From contig CAVRXN010000002.1 of the NCBI GenBank assembly GCA_963725235.1, positions 250,902-314,901 of the forward strand: a stretch of 64,000 nt of DNA. The letters are read 5' to 3'. The stretch's first letter is position 1, and each line of letters opens with the position of its first letter. The stretch is from an uncultured bacterium. GTDB lineage: Bacteria > Patescibacteriota > Minisyncoccia > UBA6257 > 2-01-FULL-56-20. The notes below the pieces were generated by a model, which searched no databases, was not told the DNA's origin, and worked only from the letters and a program-made list of their open reading frames with translations. Below, in pieces: positions 38,940 through 44,660 of the stretch. Position numbers and translations under genes: made by a program.

Positions 38940-38978
38940 GGAATGATAATTGCTTTATAAAATTAATCAAAAACTAAC

Positions 38979-39800
38979 ATGAATGATTTTGAAGAAAAGC
39001 TTTTCGTCGATGGCGTTTTAGAAATAGTCGATGAAGCCGATAAGAGATACGCGGCAGGTGTATCCATCGAAAAAAAAGATTTTATACCCCTGACGGATTC
39101 TATGCCGCTGGAAACAAATACTTGGTGGAGGGTGGATGACGTGGTGTGCTTGTACATCGACATGAAAGATTCAACCAAGCTATCCGTCCAGCATAAAGAT
39201 AAAGTTGCGGCAAAGATATATCAATATTTTACGGGAACGGCAGTAAAAATTCTGGATCACTTCGGGGCTTCTTATATCGATGTTCGCGGTGACGGAGCGT
39301 TTGGTTTGTTTGACAAAAATAAGATTTATCATGCATTTTCTGCTGCTATAACTTTTAAAACTATCGTTATGAAATATCTCAGCGAGGCCACAAAGGATGA
39401 CGATGTAAAAATTACTTGCCATCTCGGTATGGATATAAAAACTGTTTTGGTTAAGCGAATTGGTATGCGAAAGGTGGCTGGAAAATCAACAAAACAAAAT
39501 GAAGTATGGGCAGGGAAGCCGGTTAATATGGCTGCCAAGCTGGCATCAAAAGGAGATGCTAATCAATTGTTAATTTCCGAGCGGGTGTATTCAATTTTCG
39601 AGAAAGATGGGTCGGATCTAATTTTGTGGACTTGTGGATGTGGCAACATCGAAAAACCAGGCGAAAAAGTTCCGATTTGGAAGAAGATGGAATTAGAATC
39701 ACCGATTTTTGATTTTGCAGAAGCTTATTCCATGGAAAATTGTTGGTGCGAAAGTCATGGTAGCGAGTTTTGTTTTGGCATAATGGATTTGGATAAATAA
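38979..39800 (+). CDS. Class III nucleotidyl cyclase (Pycsar PycC-like), paralogue 1
   Basis: Metal Asp motifs LYIDMKDSTKL and VRGDGAFGLF, GKPVNMAAKLAS (Asn present, Lys where Arg is usual), LLISERVY. Confidence 0.8.
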   Translation: MNDFEEKLFVDGVLEIVDEADKRYAAGVSIEKKDFIPLTDSMPLETNTWWRVDDVVCLYIDMKDSTKLSVQHKDKVAAKIYQYFTGTAVKILDHFGASYIDVRGDGAFGLFDKNKIYHAFSAAITFKTIVMKYLSEATKDDDVKITCHLGMDIKTVLVKRIGMRKVAGKSTKQNEVWAGKPVNMAAKLASKGDANQLLISERVYSIFEKDGSDLILWTCGCGNIEKPGEKVPIWKKMELESPIFDFAEAYSMENCWCESHGSEFCFGIMDLDK

Positions 39801-39807
39801 TACTTAC

Positions 39808-40311
39808 ATGGGAAATACTCACAAAGAAATTACTATTGGGCGCGCAGAAAGCAATCTACAGCGGCAACTAGATTGGATCGGTCGATATGACGCCAGAATT
39901 TCGTTTGTAACGGGCATATGCATAGGTATGATTGGTTTATTGGTCGGTATAGTTCCTGCACCCGATAAGTGGACAACGGTTCTATGTATATCATTTTTTG
40001 CCACTATTGGCTTACTGATCGTGAGTCTTGTCTATGTTTACCTAGGTCAATATCCAAAAACGGATTCACCGAATCAATCCCTTCTTTTCTTTGGCACGAT
40101 TGCCAAGTTAAAACATGATGAATTCAATAAAAATTTTAAAGCAGCTTCAGACGATGATTATTTAGAGGATTTGCTTTCGCAGTGTCATATTAATGCTCAA
40201 ATCTTAAGTAAGAAATTTTATGTTTTTAAAAGAGCCTTGATATTAATGCTAATTGCGGTTGTTCCGTGGGCGATAGCTATTTATATAGTTAAATTGATAC
40301 CAGTGTCATAA
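39808..40311 (+). CDS. Three-TM small membrane protein (candidate PycTM-type effector)
   Basis: 167 aa. TM helices ISFVTGICIGMIGLLVGIV, WTTVLCISFFATIGLLIVSLVYVYL and ALILMLIAVVPWAIAIYIV. There is no room for a CAP-type cNMP-binding domain. Lies 7 nt after cyclase 1 and 4 nt before cyclase 2. Confidence 0.6.
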   Translation: MGNTHKEITIGRAESNLQRQLDWIGRYDARISFVTGICIGMIGLLVGIVPAPDKWTTVLCISFFATIGLLIVSLVYVYLGQYPKTDSPNQSLLFFGTIAKLKHDEFNKNFKAASDDDYLEDLLSQCHINAQILSKKFYVFKRALILMLIAVVPWAIAIYIVKLIPVS

Positions 40312-40315
40312 TCAA

Positions 40316-41023
40316 ATGGATTGGCCCGAAATATTAACAAATGAAGCCGAGGAAATCTTGACGACTAAATGGGATGAACGCGCTGGAAGTGTTGTCCCAG
40401 AATCCGATAGCGTTACCCTTAAGGATGGAGCGGTTAAAATTGATGCTACATTTTTATATGCTGATCTTGCTGGATCGTCGAAATTAGCAAGATTTTGTCC
40501 ATGGCAGACTACTGCAAAAATAATCCGTGCATATCTTTCGTGTTCGGTTCGGTTAATCAAAGCTTATGGAGGAGAGGTTCGTAGTTTTGACGGCGACCGT
40601 GTGATGGGTATTTTTATGGGAGATTTGAAAAATACTTATGCAGTAAGATGTGCACGGGAAATTGATTGGGTGGTAGAAAAGATAATCAATCCGAAAGCCA
40701 AGGAAAAATTTGAATCAGTAAGGAAGAACGGAATTGCAATTCGACATTGTGTTGGAATAGATACAGGAGAAACAGTCGCTGTACGTGCGGGGGTTCGCAA
40801 CAATAACGATCTTATCTGGATTGGGCGAGCGCCTAGCTTAGCGGCAAAACTTTCCGACATTCGCGCCTTTCCATATACTATCTATATAAGCAAAGATATA
40901 TATGGAGTTTTAGGAGCTACGGAAAAAGTTGTGAATAATACGCTGATTTGGGAGGAGGAAAATTTTATCTTCGCTGGTGATAATTTATCTGTTTACAGAA
41001 CTTCGTATTATCGAACTCCTTAA
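40316..41023 (+). CDS. Class III nucleotidyl cyclase, paralogue 2 (divergent catalytic set)
   Basis: LYADLAGSSKL, FDGDRVMGIF, GRAPSLAAKLSD (Ser at the usual Asn position), IYISKDIY. Confidence 0.75.
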   Translation: MDWPEILTNEAEEILTTKWDERAGSVVPESDSVTLKDGAVKIDATFLYADLAGSSKLARFCPWQTTAKIIRAYLSCSVRLIKAYGGEVRSFDGDRVMGIFMGDLKNTYAVRCAREIDWVVEKIINPKAKEKFESVRKNGIAIRHCVGIDTGETVAVRAGVRNNNDLIWIGRAPSLAAKLSDIRAFPYTIYISKDIYGVLGATEKVVNNTLIWEEENFIFAGDNLSVYRTSYYRTP

Positions 41024-41029
41024 TTTTAT

Positions 41030-41168
41030 CTTACCCACCCCTCCCAGCCCCGCACCCGCACCCACCTCCAATCTGCCCACGGCGTTGTGGTAGCGCACGG
41101 TCATCGTCTGCCGCACCCGCCGGGCCCGCGCGTGCGTGGCGGGAGGGGGATTGGGGGAGGGAATTAAG
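41030..41168 (+). repeat. GC-rich long-hairpin element, copy A (contains a G4 motif)
   Basis: CTTACCCACCCCTCCCAGCCCC ... GGGAGGGGGATTGGGGGAGGGaatTAAG. A 55-nt core (41108-41162) matches copy B at 53/55 positions. Confidence 0.7.
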
Positions 41169-41185
41169 AGATGTTGACACGATAT

Positions 41186-41213
41186 AAAAAGGGCCTCGAC
41201 TGGAGTCGGGCCC
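41186..41213 (-). terminator. Rho-independent terminator of the minus-strand two-gene operon
   Basis: Minus strand reads GGGCCCGACTccAGTCGaGGCCC followed by TTTTT. Confidence 0.55.
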
Positions 41214-41246
41214 GTGAAGTATGAACAGAGTGAAAGAACGGGTTGG

Positions 41247-41495
41247 TTAGGCGATTTTCTTTTCTTCATGCAGCCATCTGGAGTGTAATTTTACACCTTC
41301 GACGCTGCAAGAGTCGTGGATGACATAGCGGATGCTCCCCTCATTGAGATGATCTTCGATCCCATAGAGCAGCATCGACAGCATCTTCACGGGATCTTCA
41401 TCGACCGCTCGTTGGTTGCCGGTAAAAGCCACGATGCGGCGAAGGCGATCAATAATGTCCTTTGGCAGTTCATTCGGGCGTTGCGGTTCATTCAT
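41247..41495 (-). CDS. Hypothetical 82-aa protein
   Basis: Overlaps the upstream 287-aa gene by 8 nt, implying translational coupling. No motif recognised. Confidence 0.5.
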   Translation of the reverse strand: MNEPQRPNELPKDIIDRLRRIVAFTGNQRAVDEDPVKMLSMLLYGIEDHLNEGSIRYVIHDSCSVEGVKLHSRWLHEEKKIA

Positions 41496-42351
41496 CTGAT
41501 TGCTCCTTTGCCTGTGCTGCGTCCATTATAGCACGCTCCAGGGATTCCGAGCGCGGCTTCATGATGTTGATATTGAAATGGAAGATACTGCTGACCCAAA
41601 TTTCATCTTCCAATTTCTTGCCTTCTTCGGCTTCGGCTACTTGCACGACGCGTTTCCAAAGTTCCCGGACGAGGAAACCAAAGATAAAGAGTCCGCAGTC
41701 GTCGATCCATTTGGTGATTGAGCCCGCTAGCCGTTTGTAATTTTCTTCGGCATAGCGTCGTTTATCGGCTTTCCATTCTTGATGACGCCCGAGGAAGCGA
41801 CCCATTTCGCCGTCGCTCCAATAGGCGTCATAGTCGGTATGCCCGTAAATACTCATTACCCAATACAAAATGGCACGATACACGTCGAGATGTCCTGCTT
41901 CGATCGCCACCTTTTCTTCGTCGTGATTGAAAACGAAGATGAGCCGGATGATCTGCGTACGCTCCTCATCGATCCGTTGTTTGCCGTCTTGTCCTTTTTT
42001 GGCAAGAAATACGCCATCGACTTCATGCATCGACCATCCATGAAAAGGGGATGTATACATCTTCATCCGCGCTTCTGCTTGCTCAAGTGTTGGCCGAACT
42101 TTGGACGATTCGGACGATGTGTAACGATCCGGATCGAACCAATGAGGATAGACAGACAGTTCGGTCTCAAGGAGGAGTTGCGCAAGTTTGATGAGCCTCA
42201 TTCTTACGCGCTCCTCATCAAGGCCATTGCTTAGAGCTTCAAATATCGCGCCTTGATAAGCAACTTTCTTCGGAAAATAAATTTCCGTGAAAATACTTCG
42301 CTTGCCTGGCTCGAATTCGTACGAGATAGGCGTTGTCCCATCATTTGTCAT
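41488..42351 (-). CDS. Hypothetical 287-aa protein
   Basis: AAAGGA before the ATG. The promoter at 42402-42430 is upstream. No motif recognised. Confidence 0.6.
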   Translation of the reverse strand: MTNDGTTPISYEFEPGKRSIFTEIYFPKKVAYQGAIFEALSNGLDEERVRMRLIKLAQLLLETELSVYPHWFDPDRYTSSESSKVRPTLEQAEARMKMYTSPFHGWSMHEVDGVFLAKKGQDGKQRIDEERTQIIRLIFVFNHDEEKVAIEAGHLDVYRAILYWVMSIYGHTDYDAYWSDGEMGRFLGRHQEWKADKRRYAEENYKRLAGSITKWIDDCGLFIFGFLVRELWKRVVQVAEAEEGKKLEDEIWVSSIFHFNINIMKPRSESLERAIMDAAQAKEQSDE

Positions 42352-42401
42352 TATTCATCCTTTCTGTTGTCGGTTATATCAAAGAACTGAAATTCGGCAT
42401 G

Positions 42402-42430
42402 ATTATACGATAATTTTGACCGAGAAGCAA
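42402..42430 (-). promoter_or_regulatory. Sigma70-like promoter of the 287-aa/82-aa operon
   Basis: Minus-strand TTGCTT (42430-42425), 17-nt spacer, TATAAT (42407-42402). Confidence 0.5.
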
Positions 42431-42445
42431 ATTGTCGCGCGTCTG

Positions 42446-42537
42446 CCTCCCGCCCCTTTCGCCTCATTCACCACCCTGCCGCACCCGCCGGGCCCGCGCG
42501 TGCGTGGCGGGAGAGGGATTGGGGGAAGGATGTTTAG
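42446..42537 (+). repeat. GC-rich hairpin element, copy B
   Basis: CCTCCCGCC ... GGCGGGAGAGGGATTGGGGGAAGGA. The core at 42476-42530 matches copy A at 53/55 positions. Confidence 0.7.
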
Positions 42538-42619
42538 GAGAATACGTCCTTTTCAGGATTACCTCCGTCTGTTATGCTAGAAGAAGATTTTCGCAGTAAT
42601 AATCCGTGTAGAAAGGAAT

Positions 42620-43057
42620 GTGGGCATGTCTCAGCCGAACAAGAAGAAGCCGGAAAAGAAGTATCTCTATCTGGTAGATCTTATCTGCCTTGAGAATCTG
42701 GATCCCCCGATTATAATCCGCGGGTATCTCACGGGGGCCAGTAAGTTTTCCCTTTTGAAAAAAGCTATTAGGTGGCGCGACTTCAAGAGGGAGGAATTTA
42801 TGAAGGAAAAAGGGGAAGCGGTTCAAATTGCATCATTCGTTCGTTGGAACGATGATGGTAAGCTAAAGACCGCACCGGATCTTACGGGAGTTGAGAACAT
42901 CGAGGATTTCCTGCGGGTCTTGGATGAGCTGGAAGAGGTGCTAGCGGCAACAGAAGAGTCAGCTCCGCAAGCGGTTCCCGAAGCGTTTCAATCTTTCGAG
43001 AGCCAGATGCAGCAATTTCTCAGCCAATCTTCCGGGCAGTCCGAGGGCAGTGATTAG
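42620..43057 (+). CDS. Hypothetical protein with an acidic C-terminus
   Basis: 145-aa ORF with a GTG start (or ATG 42626). Followed by a strong terminator. Confidence 0.5.
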   Translation: MGMSQPNKKKPEKKYLYLVDLICLENLDPPIIIRGYLTGASKFSLLKKAIRWRDFKREEFMKEKGEAVQIASFVRWNDDGKLKTAPDLTGVENIEDFLRVLDELEEVLAATEESAPQAVPEAFQSFESQMQQFLSQSSGQSEGSD

Positions 43058-43063
43058 TTCTGT

Positions 43064-43095
43064 AGAGCGCTTCTTTTCGGAGGAGCGCTCTTTTT
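43064..43095 (+). terminator. Rho-independent terminator
   Basis: AGAGCGCT-tcttttcggagg-AGCGCTCT followed by TTTT. Confidence 0.6.
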
Positions 43096-43455
43096 GTCTG
43101 TGCGTGCTCTGAAGATGTTATAATAAATCCAATGCCTTTTGATTATTATTCACTCGGCTCCAACGCACCGTTTCTTTTCCTGGGCATCCTTCTCGCGGCG
43201 ATCTTATTGTTCCTGCTTCTGCGCGAGCTCGTGACGTGGTATTGGATATCAATGAGACGATTGAGGTTTTGAAAGAGATCAACCTGAGCCTAAGACATAT
43301 CGCGGCTGCCATCGTCCAGCACACTAACCAGTCATCAAAATCCCAGTTACCAAATTGACTTCTACGACATCTCCGACGCGGATCATACCCGCTTTGCCGG
43401 AGCAAGATAAAAAAGCAGGCGACCGGATGAACGGGCCGCCTGCGGAATATCGCGC

Positions 43456-43761
43456 CTAAACCGCAGCTGCGAGAATTTGGTTCGCAGATATTGTCGCTTT
43501 TGGCGCTGGGCGATAGCAGCAAAGGATCAAATAAGGATTCTTTTGTTCGTCCCTTCGAGGAGCAATGCGGAATGCTTTTCCTTGGTGCACGAATCTCTCG
43601 TCGAGCGCTTTGGCCAGGCCGCTCAGCCAGAAAGCGATCGCGCAATCCTGCGTCGTCGGGATAAACGGCCATTCCATCACCCGATTCTCGTCGGGTGACA
43701 TGTCGTTCGCTGGCTGCTCGAATAGTTCAACCAACTCTTCCAAATAGGGTTTTTCTGACAT
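43456..43761 (-). CDS. Hypothetical 101-aa protein
   Basis: GGAGG about 12 nt upstream of the ATG. No motif recognised. Confidence 0.5.
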   Translation of the reverse strand: MSEKPYLEELVELFEQPANDMSPDENRVMEWPFIPTTQDCAIAFWLSGLAKALDERFVHQGKAFRIAPRRDEQKNPYLILCCYRPAPKATISANQILAAAV

Positions 43762-43816
43762 CGACAGAGTATGCCTCCAAAAAAGATTTAACTATTATTT
43801 AATATATCACATTCGG

Positions 43817-44317
43817 GTGGGCAATGATAAAATGGTTATTATGCTTTTCTTTACCCGTCCCAGCGCGCAGTCGCGTCCTCGCCGCCTGACGCGTCTAACC
43901 CGCGCCGACTATCTCCGCAACAAGCCGGCCGCCGCCGCGCTCGTCAGGCAAAAAATCGCGCAGCTGAATACTGCGTACGGTTTCGAATTTCGCGCCGTCG
44001 CGATCCGCAACCAAAAAACGCGATGGGGGAGTTGCTCACGCCGCGGCAACCTGAGTTTCAACTGGCGGATCGTGCTGCTCGACGAGCCCGCGCAGAATTA
44101 TCTGATCGTGCACGAGCTCTGCCACCTCGCCGAGTTCAACCACTCACCGCGCTTCTGGGCGCTCGTCGCACGGACCGTGCCGGAGTATGCCGCGATCCGG
44201 CGCCGGCTACGACGCGTGCGACTCGCGGATTTAGTTGCGAGCGTTGAGTCCCAGCGGCCAGCGGATCCGGAGCCGACTTCGCCAGCGCAACCTTCTGCGT
44301 CCGTGGCCATTTCTTAA
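43817..44317 (+). CDS. YgjP/SprT-like zinc metallopeptidase-fold protein (DUF45-type)
   Basis: WGSCS..GNLSFNWRI and the zinc motif HELCHLAEFNHS. Confidence 0.75.
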   Translation: MGNDKMVIMLFFTRPSAQSRPRRLTRLTRADYLRNKPAAAALVRQKIAQLNTAYGFEFRAVAIRNQKTRWGSCSRRGNLSFNWRIVLLDEPAQNYLIVHELCHLAEFNHSPRFWALVARTVPEYAAIRRRLRRVRLADLVASVESQRPADPEPTSPAQPSASVAIS

Positions 44318-44510
44318 TCTCTGCCTCGCGCTTCAGAGCTGCACTCCGCGTCGCGCGCCTTTCAAAATACAAAATTCGCCGCGCACCATGCGCCCGCGTA
44401 TACGCACCACCCTTGCCGCGCCGATGTTCCTCGAACCGCCGCGCGACATCCGTCGTTATGCCGGTATATATAGTGCGGTCAGCGCATTCAAGGAGGTAGA
44501 CGTAGTACAT
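44136..44510 (-). CDS. GIY-YIG nuclease-domain protein
   Basis: YYVYLLECADRTIYTGITTDVARRFEEH ... EAEIKKW. The ORF has no stop until 44136, so its tail overlaps the convergent YgjP-like gene by about 180 nt. Confidence 0.65.
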   Translation of the reverse strand: MYYVYLLECADRTIYTGITTDVARRFEEHRRGKGGAYTRAHGARRILYFERRATRSAALKREAEIKKWPRTQKVALAKSAPDPLAAGTQRSQLNPRVARVVAGAGSRHTPARSVRRAPRSAVSG

Positions 44511-44660
44511 ATATAGATATTCTACCATTGGCGCTTCGCGGATTTTTCTGCTATACTTCTTCAGTACTGACCCCCTATGAGCCGAGCTCGGGGGCATTTC
44601 ACGCATTAGCGAGATTAAATTTTTATTAAATTCGCGCGGCGTAAATTTAACAAAATTTTC

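Noticed and set aside
37812-42537. GC-rich hairpin elements as integron attC sites
   Set aside because: Their position at the 3' ends of cargo modules, uniform orientation and imperfect hairpins are attC-like. But I see no RYYYAAC/GTTRRRY core pair and no intI gene or attI in the window. The 'cassettes' are multi-gene with mixed orientation and their own promoters.
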